The notes under the pieces were generated by a model. That model saw only the letters and a list, made by a program, of their open reading frames with translations. It did no database searches and was not told the origin of the DNA. Positions 12,411 to 25,800 of a stretch of 64,000 nucleotides of DNA are shown here, piece after piece; positions within the stretch are counted from its first letter, which is position 1, and every line of letters starts with the position of its first letter. Position numbers and translations under genes: made by a program. Origin of the DNA: Orbicella franksi. Taxonomy: Eukaryota. The stretch spans positions 8,494,001 through 8,558,000 of the forward strand of contig OZ116707.1 in NCBI GenBank assembly GCA_964199315.1. Reading direction: 5' to 3'.

Positions 12411-13142
12411 AAAGGACTAAACTTGTTCTATATCAGCACCGCTAGGACTCTTTAAAGTTGTGGAAGGCATCCGGCATAGCAACTAAAAATGGCTCGTAAA
12501 GATCTGATTCAGGCAAGTGTTCTGAAGTCAATCGGTGTAGTTGAATATCTGACTCAGTTAAATCTGACTGGCGGGTTCAATCACAAACGTATGCTTCCTT
12601 TCTCCCTCACCTCCCCCCGGCACCACCTGTCCTCGCCCGAAATAAAAAATTGACTTCTAATAGTGGGTCATTTTGTAATTCAGGCACTCCGTTTGTGTTA
12701 AACTAAGTCAATATGGTGGTGTATCAGCAAAGCGTGTAACAGGAGGTGAAACTGTTTATTTAACTCAGCAATAAACAACATATATATCAATGATTACAAG
12801 TTTATTCTTTCGCCGATTTACACAGCAATGATTCAATGTTTTTGAAATACAGATGCAATGATTGCAATGGCCAACCTGTTAAACTATCAACTTCATACAA
12901 CTTTAAAAGTTTCTTAATGCAATACTTGTAACAAAACTAAATCGACTGTCTTTAACTCCTACATGGATTCGCATTTTGGTAAAAATATTGACCCATTAAT
13001 CATCTACATATCATTGATAACTAAGGTAACTAAGGTAATTGTGTAGTAATAAAGTAGTTTCAAAAAGGTCAAAAAAGATTCTTTTCATTCAGTGGTGAAA
13101 TGCTAAAAGTTCTATTTGTTTTATTTTTATTTGTTCATTTAT

Positions 13143-16100
13143 TTATTTAACCAGCATTGGCTCTAAAATTTCCATTTTGACCATTATTTGTTCCAAGCTG
13201 CGGGTTAGCAGGCGTTGGCTTATTTCCAACTGTTTCCCCTCAGCCAGTTTAGCGTTGTGTACAACGTGGATGGACTGGTTACCGTTTGCTGTTTCCATGA
13301 TGAAGCTATGATAATAAAGCAGTGTTCTCAGAAAAAATGTGTTTAGTAGCAAGACATTGAGCTTAGTTTTTCTTATCAAATATGATTGTATCGTATGTAA
13401 CACCCATAATGAAATGGCAGCTATACCCATAATGTATAAAATATCGAGCTCATAATTTTCAGTAGAATTCCGACTACATTTCCGTTAGAAAACGATTTCC
13501 AATAATCTTCAAGCCGCAGCAAAATCCCGCGGACTGAAATGGTTTTTGAATCTTACAGTTGTTCTCCCGGGCTCATTGTTTCAGTGGTAAAGATTTAGGT
13601 TTTAAGTCGCATAATGGTTTGGTAACTTTATTTATTAGTAGTGTTTGCAATCAATTTATCGAGTGGTAACTTAATAATTACATCTTCTTCCAAGCATTAG
13701 AAAAACCAGAAAACTTTATTATGTGGACTCCTTCCATTCACTGCACGCTTACAGAACGGCTGTTAGAAAACGTGTTCAGCCAGTTGGATTGTAGCATTTG
13801 GAAGTATACTATAAGAATTCTATTAATAACCAATGGTGCATACCTTAAATCAAGGTGGATGGATTCGACGCCTTGAACATATTGCAGGGCAAGGAAGTCG
13901 TCTTTGGCAAACAGTCTCCATTTTCGTTCCCACTTCTCAAAGAGGGGTGAACAAATAATTTGGCTGCGCAATGGAGTGGGTAATCGCCACTTAAATACGC
14001 CAATGACTCCAGTCCCTTTACTTTTAATGTTGAGGGACATCTAAAGGAAGATGACATTGCGTTAAAGATTATTACTTTCCATTCCAAACCACTACTTATA
14101 TTAAACGGTTACTCGGACATTAAATCCAAGCAGGATAAGATCAAGCTAAGAAACTGAATCCCAAGGTGATCCTCTTTCTTTTTTGGAAATCGTACCCGCG
14201 TGTTTGTTTTCTTGTAGTATTTGATGTTTGGTTGGCCTATAGCCTAGTTACGTCCCCGATATCAAGAATTCGTTGATATTTCATCTGAGAACACTTTGAT
14301 ATTATAATAATTAAAAAGTGCAAGTCATAAAGGGTATTGTTATTAGTCTTAATAATGTTTTAGCAGAGAAAATCAGTTACCTTTTCCAAGGATTCCCAGA
14401 GCAAGTTCGCCCGATCTTTCTCCAAAAGGGAAAAGTGGCGCATTTGGTTGTTGGCGAATATGGTCATGTAATTGCCCTCTTCTTAGCGCTTGACCACATC
14501 CTTTGACTTGGCAGATCGTCATCACGGCATCGCAAGTCATGGTGTGAGAAGGTATCAGACAACTTCAGGAAAGAAACAGAAGTATGTTGCTCTATCAATT
14601 ATTGGAGCTTAGAATGCTTCGAGGTAACTGTAAAACTCGTAATCGAGTACCATTTGCGCTACGCAAATTATTTTTGGCCTGCATAATATATTACGTTTTA
14701 CCATTTATTATTTTTTGGGTATCCTTTAAAATTAACATTCTAACGCGCGACAGTTTCAGTAACACTCCAACTAGCGCGAGACAAGACGGGGACAAGAGCG
14801 CGCGCACGAAGCGTGAGAACGAGCGCCAAGCGCGAGGTGTACTGCAGGCTATACTCCAACAAACTATATATGAGTAAAAAATTTAATAAATGACGTTTAC
14901 GACAGAAATATAATCCTGGATATAATGCTAGGAATTATCAGGAGCCGGTACCGAATGACGCGGAAAGAGCACCTTTTCGATCACATGCGTGAGCGGTAGC
15001 GAGCAAAGCGATCAGGCAGGAATGAGTCTGGTGAAGAGGCACCCAAAAAGTTACTGTCTCGCCTCGCGGCTTCCTCTCTAGATTTCGCGCTGCGTAAATG
15101 CTAAAACATGGAATTATCTAAATCCACCTACAACCACCTACTGAACTGAAAAGTCCACTAGAATTTTGCTTTTTACGTAGTGTCAATGTTTCTCCATCTG
15201 GAAATTATGTTGTTATGTTGTTATTGTTAAGTTGTTTCCATGGGTGTCTCGTCTCATGTAGACTGCAATGCAGTCGTGTTTTCTTTCCTGTTCGGAAGGC
15301 GCGAAGCGCCGTGACTGTAGTCCTCGCGTGTGAAGCGCGCGAGCCTCACACGGGCATGTGAGGCGAAAAAACGACTGTCGGCTTTTCATACAACGAATTC
15401 GTTCTGACCGGTGGTTCAAATGATGTCACTAAGGTGTCAAAAATTCCTTGACACCTTCACTGAATGATTCGATACTTTCGAGAGTGTCTAAACTTTGTAA
15501 TTTTTTAATCTCAAGAAACAGTAAATAAACTGTCTGCATTCGCGCACCGAATCTCTGCAATTTTCATTCCAAACGTTGTCAAAACTCGTTCAATGTTATT
15601 TGCTCTTGTGCGGACAAATGACAATAATTGTTCCACTGAAGGACCTGAAGCTGCATGTGGTGAGGTGGAAGCTAACCTTATATCAACTTATTTTAAAACT
15701 GCATCCGGATTTGAGGCAATTTCAGATGGTTTAATTAAAGCCTTGCTTCGTTTTCGCAGCAGTGAAATTCACACCTTTAGCAAAGGGCCAAAGGTTATAT
15801 TACGTAACCTCATCAAAATTTCTGCGTCCCGTTGACCTCATGGATAGTTCAACGATAATCTAACAGAAAGCAAAAAAAAACAGAAACATTTTCAAACAGG
15901 ATTGAAACTCCCTGTTTGCTAATACTGATGGTTTTCTGACTTTTGTTTTATGCCTGGATTTACGCCGCGAGAGCGAAAAACAATATTCGGAAATCTGCTC
16001 CACTAGGGTGAGAGCTATGAAACAAGCGCGATTCCAGATTGCGCGAGACAGTAAGGGAAAATCATAAAACAAAATAGTAGGATAATATACCATGAAAAAA

Positions 16101-16659
16101 AAAATGAGCACTGTATTGCCCTTATTACACATCTTTCCCTGGAGAAAGTCATGTCATGAAATTGTTTGCGATTTGAGACCAAGTCATCAACATGTAAGTG
16201 AGAATGAAAAGTTGCAGACTGATAGCTCGTTTTAGTAAAAACAATGAAAATGATGAATTACGCTTAGTACTCAACGTACCTCTTAACCATTTCACCGCAC
16301 TTTAAGGGACAAGCAATTTCCCTAAGTGCGCACTCGGAGTCCTTATGAACAGCCTGTTCTCTTCTCTGTAGCTTCTCGCCGCATTCGCAATCAGTGCAGC
16401 GTCCAGTGGGAACTTTTCCGAGCAGGCGCTGCATTCCCCCTCTTTTGTACTGAGCACGTTCAATGCGAAATGGTTCTTACAGAAAGTACGGACGGGCTGT
16501 CGACACAACTGACAGAGCACAGGGCCGCTCGCCTCTTGTATAATTTTTTTTACGCAGCATCCACAAAATGTGTGCCCACAGGGTGTTGCGATTTGCGCAT
16601 CGATTATTGGGTTATAACTGCAATATAAATCAGAAGGGCCACATTGTGAAATCTTCAAA
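13143..16659 (-). pseudogene. TRAF-like RING / TRAF-zinc-finger / MATH-like E3 ligase gene, frameshifted
   Basis: Exons 16659-16280 (PCGHTFCGCC...CQLCR RING; CECGEKLQRREQAVHKDSECALREIACPLKCG), 14562-14381 (CQVKGCGQALRRGQLHDH), possible mini-exon 14284-14252, 14040-13844 (GVFKWRL...SPLFEKWERKWRLF, MATH-like) and 13305-13143 (stop). Junctions are GT-AG and phases match once a 1-nt insertion in exon 2 is allowed. Confidence 0.72.
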
Positions 16660-16857
16660 CTGGTAGAAATGGACAAAGAAAAGAAATTATGTTACGACAT
16701 TATAGCAATGGTATGTTTTCCTACCAAACATTACAAAGCAATTCCTGTGGAAGATCTTCGCTAAACCATACATAATCGAACACTTGCTTGGATGGCGTGG
16801 TAAAGCTCATCATGGCCCATCCTGTCTCCGACAACTTGTATGCGACTGACTTGTGTG

Positions 16858-16924
16858 TAGCCTGCGAAGGCTGTCTTCGGCGGAGACAAGCGACAGCCGG
16901 AAATAGGTCTACGTTTGCAGGCTA
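16858..16924. mobile_element. Short MITE with TAGCCTGC...GCAGGCTA termini
   Basis: Terminal inverted repeat TAGCCTGC/GCAGGCTA; no TSD recognisable. Confidence 0.65.
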
Positions 16925-17402
16925 ATGACGTTGCACGAGCCGATCTCGGTTCCAGTCGCCTGCGCCAAAAAATGAATCAAAATTTAAACCACGGGTCCTT
17001 TGGATGGAACGCACTAGAGAAGGGATTTATGAAATAATTTACAAGTATATTGGTGACATGTCAATGGGCCAAAATCCCGACAAAGACTATAGCTTCCTAC
17101 AGAGATTCTCTTTGGGCTCGTCACAAATTTCTCCATCTCACTCCCTGAGAAAAAAGGAATGGGAATCAAAGAGCCCCTCCCAGGGGTTTTAGGGAACAAG
17201 AGAACTGGGACAGTTATTTTTTGGGAACAGGGGATATTTTCAAATTATTTTCAGGGAACAAGGGAACTCTTGAGTAGATTGTTGGGAACAAGGGAACACC
17301 GATCTACTTTCAATAAAATATTCTTTTTAACTTTCCGAGCCCCTAAAATATAAAATATCTTACGTTCTTGAGTGTCAGGCGAAATTATTTTCGAGATGAT
17401 TA

Positions 17403-18963
17403 TTGTTACGAGCTCGTGAGAATGTTTGTTTCAACATTCACGGGCGCAGTCTATGTCGCACAGCTTCATTTCAACTTCATCAGCGTAAAGGGTCTTCTAT
17501 ACAGTTAAGTTCTACGCTTCTTTATGGGATACTGTCATTGAACAATGTGGTCTATGTGTCTGCACACGACGATAATGGAGGGATATACAAACTTACCTTT
17601 AACTGATCATGACAAAAGGTGGCTCGGCTGAGAAGATAGTGAGTAATGGTGGTTTACTCTGCAAGAACGCACACAGTTTATCCACCTTCAATGACAACTC
17701 CTTTGAATTAAGTGACACTGGAGACTCGTATATCAAGGCTTATAAACCTACAGCAGAGCAATGTTCTGTTGTAGTTGGCAATAGAAAAGACAAGAGATGG
17801 AAGTAAAGCCCAGTTTTCCCAGCCAATAGGCATCTGCTTTGATTATGACACTCTCAGTTTACCGTCGACACCTCAACAGGTACCCTCCGCATGACAAGCA
17901 GGGTCACTAGTTTGGAAGACTATTGGAAGCATTTGCATCTGTTTGGAGAGACATTTGGACTTCACACAAAGACTAGCACCTCGGTCATAGTGGAAATCCC
18001 CCAGGCAATCGAGAGGCTACAGCAAGTTTACTCCTTTGACAAAAATTGTGTTGATGCAGTTATGATCCTTATTGGTACCACAGCTGTGACACAAGGCCCT
18101 CAACGAACAACTGTTTCGTCTGTTGTCATGGAAGATGAAAGAAGGATCCTGAAGTCTCTGCGTGACATCAAGGACCTGCTTAATCATTTTACTCCAAGCC
18201 TTACCACCAAATTTAGCATCAAAAGTCTTCTAACGCTTGTGCCCCTACAGCTTGAATTCGATTACAGATTAAACAGGGCAATCAAAGAACGGTTTAAGAG
18301 GCAAAGTTTTACACCATTTGGTTACTTCACAGCTCCCAAGTCCAGGTTTTCACCACCACATATTACAATGATTTACCCAAGTTATGCCCTCCAAAGGCAC
18401 ACAAACTATCTGAAAAGCAGGTGAAATGAGGAACTGGAGAGCAATGTATGGTCAGAGTGTCCTCCAGAAAACAGTGCAAAAAATGACAACAAAGGACAAT
18501 CCAGAAACTCTGCCCATAAATTTGTATGCAGCTGACTCTCTGACTGTACAGCCCCTAGATTTCATAGTGCTGAGAGGAGCAGCAGCAGTTCCAGTGCTGC
18601 ATAGGGACACAACAGAGACTTTTTACAAACTAAGGCAGATTGTCGGTGTTAATTAAAGCTGATTCCATCAATACTCGTCAATTGTTCATAATGGCTTGTC
18701 TGCAAGAGAATGTGAGTGTTGGCATGAAAAGGGTGAAAGCTAAAGTGTTTATACAAGATCCTTTCAATCCAATGCTTTTCACGGAAGATGCAGAGAGATA
18801 TGTCGATGTGAGCAACATTGTTTGTGCCCTAACCTGCTATAACTACCGTAAAGATGCCTTAGAGGTTGAAGAAGATGATCTTATCCTTCTCCTTGATGCG
18901 CCTCACCACACCAATGAAGTCTCACTGTTACAGAAGGAAGGGATTTTTTTCTCAAAGGATTAG
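17403..18963 (+). pseudogene. Decayed gene with a beta-propeller (NHL-like) segment and a helical C-terminal region, probably transposon-derived
   Basis: Consecutive same-strand ORFs: VVYVSAHDDNGGIYKL, LSDTGDSYIKAY...SVVVGN (NHL-like), GPQRTTVSS, SIKSLLTLV, GQSVLQKTVQKMTTKDNPETLPINLY. No introns evident. Confidence 0.45.
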
Positions 18964-19647
18964 TTTAAAATGCTAAAACGAATGCTATTTGAGACTAAAT
19001 GACCAAAACGTTATCGGATGAAACCACACATACCTATACGAGTAGTCTCTGGGCTATTTTTACAGTTTGAAAGCCACTAATTAACAATTATCCTGCGAAA
19101 TCGCGCAGAATATCGCCTGATACTTAGCCGACGAGGCCGTAGCAATTTTATCCGGGCAGGAAAAAAACTCTTTTATTTACAGTTTTTTTGCTTGTTGCGG
19201 CGTACAAAATTACGTATATCGCAGGATATCTGTTATCTACGGATGACAGATATTGAGAGAATCATGACCATATTTGGACAGTTTTCCATTTTTTTGAATA
19301 ATAATATAGGATAAACGCAAAGACAAAACATGGCTGCCCTTTACTTTGGTAATTCATAGCCTATCTACAACATCGCGCCCTCAGTTAGAGAGGGTGTAGG
19401 ACTGGCAAGACAAAATAAATAAACTAAGTTAGGCATTTCTTGCTCACAAAAAGACATCTACAAGTGGTCATATTGACTGTTTCAAAAAAAAAATAGTATA
19501 AAATATTATTCAATATATTCTTTGGCGTTCGCAGATATATGGGATGTTCAGGTACGCCCATTCTGTGTTAAGAGGTCAAGGGTCTTTCTCACAGCCCTGG
19601 GAGTGCTTAGTTTTGTGTACAGTACTTTCAGGATACCCGTTAAGACA

Positions 19648-19810
19648 GAGGACGCCCTATCTCCAGCACCAAATTATGACTATTGCACAACGCTGTTTAA
19701 AAATCACGTGTAACATCTGAACAATGACAAATCCTCCGTGAAGAAACACATTTCAAAGTGCCAAAACAAAGTTCACAAAGACATCGAAATCAAGACCATT
19801 GTACCAGATG
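19648..19810 (+). mobile_element. Penelope-like element GIY-YIG endonuclease fragment, internally deleted
   Basis: PISSTKL*LLHNAV / KITCN followed by HLNNDKSSVKKHISKCQNK..DIEIKTIV, matching the Penelope GIY-YIG region as I recall it. Confidence 0.55.
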
Positions 19811-20431
19811 ACACTCACTCATTAGATCATATCATCCATTTTAATTCATATTTGTACCTTATTAATATTCTCATGGATTTTTTTAACGATTTTATATCAT
19901 TATACAGTAGTGTAAGGCCACAATTGAACTTTTGCCACTTTCCTTTGAAATGCTACTGAAAGAGAACTTCCAACGATTATACAAATTTCCTTCTTTAACC
20001 ATTTTACAGTAGTCACTTATATTACTTTTAGCCCCCACCCCTCTTCCTTCTTCTTCAACACTATCCGTTTCTATGATTGACTTTCATTTCCTACTCACTA
20101 AAAACGGCTAATCATTCTTGATTAAAGTTCCTCTCAAAAGGGCATGGAAGCGAGCCAGAACTTCAAGACCACGCGCAACCGCACCACTTGCTCGATCAAT
20201 TAAATTATGGCATGGGCCACCGATAAAACGAAAAAAACTGGTGAATTCAAGCAATTCAAGTTGAAACGAGACTGACAGCCAAATGAACAAATATCGTTGA
20301 GCACACATTTACCAAACATACAGTGAGCCGGGTACGCTCTAACACAATCTTATCTCATTAAAAAATGTTCCTTCCTCAGGGTGTTATTAATCCTCAGCAT
20401 TTACACATTTGGTGTTTTTTGGATCAGCAGT

Positions 20432-22655
20432 CTAAAGTTGATAATATCGTGGAATGATTAGAATCAAATTAGTGAACACAGAATTTAGTCCCCTCCATTG
20501 CCTCCACATTTCTTCATTCAGAAAATCTTGAAGGTCCAACTGACGGATGCCCCTCTCCCGTTTAATGTGGTACTTCAGTTGACTCCATGCCGATTCCACC
20601 TCTTGCGTGTGAATGCCTGTGAGAGGATCCACAAAATGATTTCGGTGAACAACAACCCTATGCAAAGAAACGTTAGGTACGTGAAGCGGCAAGTTCCTAT
20701 AGGCAGCCCAGTCATCTGAGTGAACCTCTGACCTCGGAAGAAGAACCCTTTGCAATATTTGAGTTAATGTCGCTCTATCTCGTCGTGGAACCACCTGGAA
20801 ATAACCGCGGCATGGGTTATACTCCGTTGAGATAACTCCAAAAACCCATATGTCGTCCCTTGGTCTTCGCCCTCGTTGATACTACAGGGAAACAATTAAT
20901 ACTCAAGATTATACGTGGGAAGTAGCACTTCTTTTGTCAACTTCACTGGGCATTACTGTAATGCTTAAAATTATTTATTAAATGATTAAAGGTTTAACTG
21001 GAAATACTGGTTTCAGTTGTGTTAAGGTTACATATGTAGCATGTACAAGACCCTGACTTACCTTGGATTTATGTTTAAACTGGCTTTCGTCGCATTTTAC
21101 AATGTACACTCTACCCCCGAATGGAATAACGGGTCTATCTTGTAGATCTCTTCCACAATAATGCCGAAGTAATGCGTAGATGTTCCCGACAGTATTCTTC
21201 GACAGAGTGAGCATATTTGCAACAGTCGTACGTAGCTCACGAACGCTCCAGAAATACATACACAAGAGAATTTTTCCCAACGGGACTCTTGACAGCTCTC
21301 CAAAGAAACTTCCAGTTCGGAGAGATTTCTTACGTCGGCAGGTAGAGCACCTCCTATGTGAAAAAGAAGCAACACATGCATTTTAAAAATAAATGTCTGT
21401 TCTTTCAGGCCCTGATTACAACCATGGTGCTAGGGTACCTTAGGACTCCCGCCTTTCTTTTTCTCCTTTGGGGGAGGGTAGCTAGGGTAACCTTAGCTGC
21501 GCACCAGGTAGCCTGCGTAGCAGACGTTTTCAAAAAACGCACAACATTATTTTGTGCCATAAAAAGCAAGGTGACAATTCGCAATTCAAGATTATTTCAG
21601 TTTGGCTTTGGATAGAACATTGTCAAAATTTTCTTCGTAAAGTTTGTCGATCGTCACTGTCGCATTGGAGAATTGTTGATAGTTTTCAGTCAAATTTATG
21701 CCAAACTAAGGAAAATTAATTGTTTTGGAATCGTGACATCTTTGAAGTAATTCAGAGCTCTTTGAGTTTTAATGCCATAGCATGCAAGTGGTCAGGAGGT
21801 GGTCATTTATGATGGCATTACTTTCGAGTAATAATTTAACTTTTATTTCCGGAAGAGCGTTACAATCAGAGTGGGACTCCCATCTCGATTACTAGTTTAC
21901 TCTATGACACCCTCAAAAATAATCACGAATCGGGGATTGATGTATCATCAAAAAGTCTCACCCGAATTCACAAAGCGAGGAGGAGACTCCCTGTTGTAAG
22001 CTCGATTAACAGCCGCTGTTCGGGAAAGGAGCCCGCGCTCCTCCCCCGAAGGTACGTGTGGCCCGCTTCCGAAAACCCTTACCCATTTATGACCAAAATC
22101 TGCGATTTTCCATACCTTATTTATTTTTGACCTGACCAAAAATTTGATACCCTATTTATGATCTGACTCTTACGTAATTAGGGAAATGGCTTTATCTATC
22201 ATGCGTAGCAGGCGTTAAATGGGGTAGAGGGCAAAGCGCAGATGGGAGAAGAAGGGCGTGATGAAGAAGTAGCTTCTTCTAAAAAAACCGAATTGAAAAC
22301 GAGTGCAAAAATCGATACCCTACTTATTAGCAAAATGGCGGCAAAATGGCTAAAATCGATACCCAATTTACGACCAAAACGGCTGAAAAACCGTACCCTT
22401 TGGGGCCGCACATACCTATATAGCCCATGTAAGGAAGTAGCCCCCCCCCCCCGGGGCTTTAGTACTGCAATTTTTTAAATAGAATACTAACCATAGATAC
22501 CCATCCATGTGATCTTCATTCCTCTCAGTCAACTCCATTGCTCGATTGCATGGCCTGCATCTTAGTGGATTGGCCAGCAAATTGTGACCCTGCAACCATC
22601 GAATCAACTCTAAAATAGGACCGTTTGAAAGGGTCGTAATATCAATGAGGTTCAT
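20432..22655 (-). CDS. Merlin (IS1016/ISXO2-like) DDE transposase, 3 exons, 301 aa, apparently intact
   Basis: Exons 22655-22492 (164 nt, TG|GTTAGT), 21353-21062 (292 nt, AAG|GTAAGT) and 20881-20432 (450 nt) join in frame with no stop. Zinc finger CRPC...WRCSTC; SLRTGSFF; catalytic VKCDES, IWVFG, HSDDWAAY, VDPLTGIHTQEVESAW. Confidence 0.9.
22050..22452 (+). repeat. Dispersed repeat inserted in Merlin intron 1
   Basis: Contains internal ACCCTATTTATGACC-type repeats, ends in a C-run, and is homologous to 7962-8075. Confidence 0.75.
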
Positions 22656-22846
22656 TGTTTGCCCAGTGCTGCGATATTGACAGTCTCGACGAATGGTCTC
22701 TAACACGGTACTTCCTGTAAAATCTCCAAATATGGTAATGATTCCAAACAACTCTGCACTGAAACATGAGTACCGTGGACCACGCGGCACATCGTATTGT
22801 CTTCCTTCGAATCGTTTAGTGTGGTGTACGCAGAAATTCCATAAGA

Positions 22847-25800
22847 ATGTCGGACAAAGGTGGTCGAAAACCAAGAGCCAGGAATCTCTCCAGAACTTTT
22901 ATACTTCTGAGATCAGATGATTCGAATAGTCGCGTTCCTAGATCAGCAACGCTTAAGACACTCAAGGCAAGTGGACGAATAAAGGAGATTGAATTTAGCA
23001 ATAATGCGACATCGCAGCACATCACTGAGTTGGTCATGAATGCCTTTGGTCAACTTAACCAATCAAACATTTCCAGGTACTAGAACTGAAGCTATAACAT
23101 AAATATCACTTTTGGTCTTTACAACAAAGACTTAATCCTGAGATTTGTGTTGTATTGTTATCAATATCTTCTTTTTTAGGCTTGTCTTGTATAAGACTGT
23201 TGGAAACACATCCGTTTTAAGCCGGGCTGGTAGAGCTGGAAACATCTGCGGAGACACCCTCAAGTGTATTTATAAATCTCGCGCAAAGGTGTTCCTTCGC
23301 TTAGAGGACGGTAAGAACATCTAAATCGTAAGCGACGTAACATTGAGCATAAGAACTCGGTATCCTGTTCGGCTGTTAATGTAGCTGTCAAATCACACTT
23401 TTATTTTACAAGGTAGCATTATTGGTGATCATATTTGAACGCAGCTAAACGCTTTGACGAACGAGCCATCGATAAGATAATTGGTGTATCTATCATAGAA
23501 ACTAATAAATGTAAATCATTAATAATTTACTGTCTTGCAACAGAGGAATTGTCCGAGTCAGTGCAGGGAGGGGCTGTTACCTGGGATGAAGATGACAATG
23601 GTAAGTACAATTTCAACACTGACTTAAAGCATCAAAATCATTCCCTTCGCGCTAAAGGACTGTTTGGCTAGAAAAGTGTGAAAATTTCAGCTTTCGCCAT
23701 ACAAAGGTTTGTTATGTTATACTTTTTATTATCAATAACGGCATCGCCGGTCAACACAGTAAGACGAATCGAGCAATAATTCTGTATTTACCTTTTGCAT
23801 GTCTTTGCTTCAGCGAAGATCATTCGATGAAATGTGCCAATGTGCAGAAAAGGTTTTACTTTATTAAAAGTGGTTGAACTGATTACACTTTTGCGTTCAA
23901 GATTCAGTCATGAATGACTCTCCTGGAGGAAGCAGAGTAAGGCAAGCAGAAAGGGAAATCTTGACGAAAGCAAGTAAGTAATAAAAATTTCAAAAATATT
24001 TAGAATGGCAAATGAAAGGAAATGCATGTTAACATAACTCACTGGGGAATACTTCATGAATGTAATAATCTACTTACAACAGGTGAATCATCCAAGTCAG
24101 TGGAGGAAGAGGCTGTTGACCAGGATGAAGATGAAAATGGTAAGTGCACGTTCAACAACTCAAACCTTAACTGACAAGTAAAATCATTTCCGTCGCCCTT
24201 AAGGTCTGTTTTGCTAGATAAGTGTAAAAATTTCGGCTTTCGCATACAGAAAGGTTTGCTTTGTTATACCTTTATTATCGATAACGGCATTGTCAACGCA
24301 GTGAGACAACTCGAGCAATAATTTTGTCTTTACCTTTTGGGAGCAAAGATCATTCGATTAAATGTGCCAATGTGCAAAAAAGTTTGACTTTACCAAAAGT
24401 GGTTGAACTGATTACACTTTTGTCTTCAAGACTCAGTCATGAATGGCTCTCCTGGAGGAAGCAGAGTAAGGCGAGCACTGGAAAGGGAAATCTTGAAGAA
24501 ATCAGGTAAGCAATAAAAATTTCAAAGATATTTAGAATGGCAAATGAAAGGGAATGCGTGTTAACATAACCCGCTGTGGAATACATGTGCTTGATGAATG
24601 TAAATAATTTACTTGCAACAGGTGAATCATCCAAGTCAGTGGAGGGAGATGCTGTTGACCAGGATGAAGATGAATGGTAAGTGCACGTTCAAAAAGAAAA
24701 TAACCAAATGACATCTAGAAAGATTCTTTATAAGAAGCAAGTAAAACAATAACAGCATGTGGCACAACGTTTTGTTTCAAGGCGATGCCACAACAAACGA
24801 TAGTAAGTGCTTCTCAAGATGGAGGGGGAATGTGGCTATAACAAAAAGTCTTAACGGTTGCAAGCACACTGGTCGTAACCAAATTTTTGATTAATATTGT
24901 TACATTTCTTCCTTAAAGCCTCAATCATGAATGATTCCCCTGGAGGAGGTAGACAAGGGGAAGCAGACGGAAATCTCAAGGAAAAAATTGAGTGAGTTGA
25001 GTTTAAAATATTTAACTGAAAATGGTATTGATAAAGATTGTATCTACCAAAAGCCGCTGCTCAAAAATTATTTAATATTTTTACCACCAAGTGAAGAAGA
25101 GTCCCAAGCCAGAATATTTGGACAATTTACATGTTTCCTTCTACTCCAACATTGTAAGTGGGGGAAGGAGGTATTTTAAAGGTGCCCACGCAAAGTGTCC
25201 CGATTACTTATATACGCGATTGTAGGTTTAAAACTGATTAACAAAGCAAACAGCCGACAATTATCATACAAAATGGCACGGAATAACGCCTGATACTTAG
25301 CTGACGAGGTGATATTCCGAAAGATTGAGCAGGATAATTGTTTCCATATTCAACAAAATAATTGTCAATGAAGCTCATTTTTCTTTGCCCATGTGGCGTT
25401 TTAAAAGATTTCGGATGAATCCTCGTAACTGAAGTATACCACATAGCAGCATCTGTTACGGATAAATGGGGCTTCATAGCCATATATGGAAAATGTTACA
25501 ATTTGTTAAATAGTGAACATTGATTTCTGCAAGATTATTAGGTGGTAGAGACGTTCATCTTAAAAGGCATTGCTATCTTTCCCTTCTGCCCTGCTAAGAA
25601 GCCCTAAAGGAACTTTTAACATTTCAAAAAGAGGGAACAGTTACGATAATTTTGACAAAAATAAATTAATAATTAAACTAACAAACAAATACATAAATAA
25701 ATAAATAAATAAGTAAGTAAATAAATAATTAAATTCACACCGGTTGTGAGCTAAATTTTTTATAGATTTAGTTTTTTTTTTCTTGAAGGTACAAACGTGG

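Noticed and set aside
16326-16628. 100-aa plus-strand ORF
   Set aside because: Antisense shadow of the RING/TRAF exon.
22693-23037. Overlapping short ORFs around the divergent promoter (22693..22920, 22816..23037, and the 5' extension of 22416..22874)
   Set aside because: They rely on alternative start codons, have no recognisable motifs, and overlap better-supported spliced exons.
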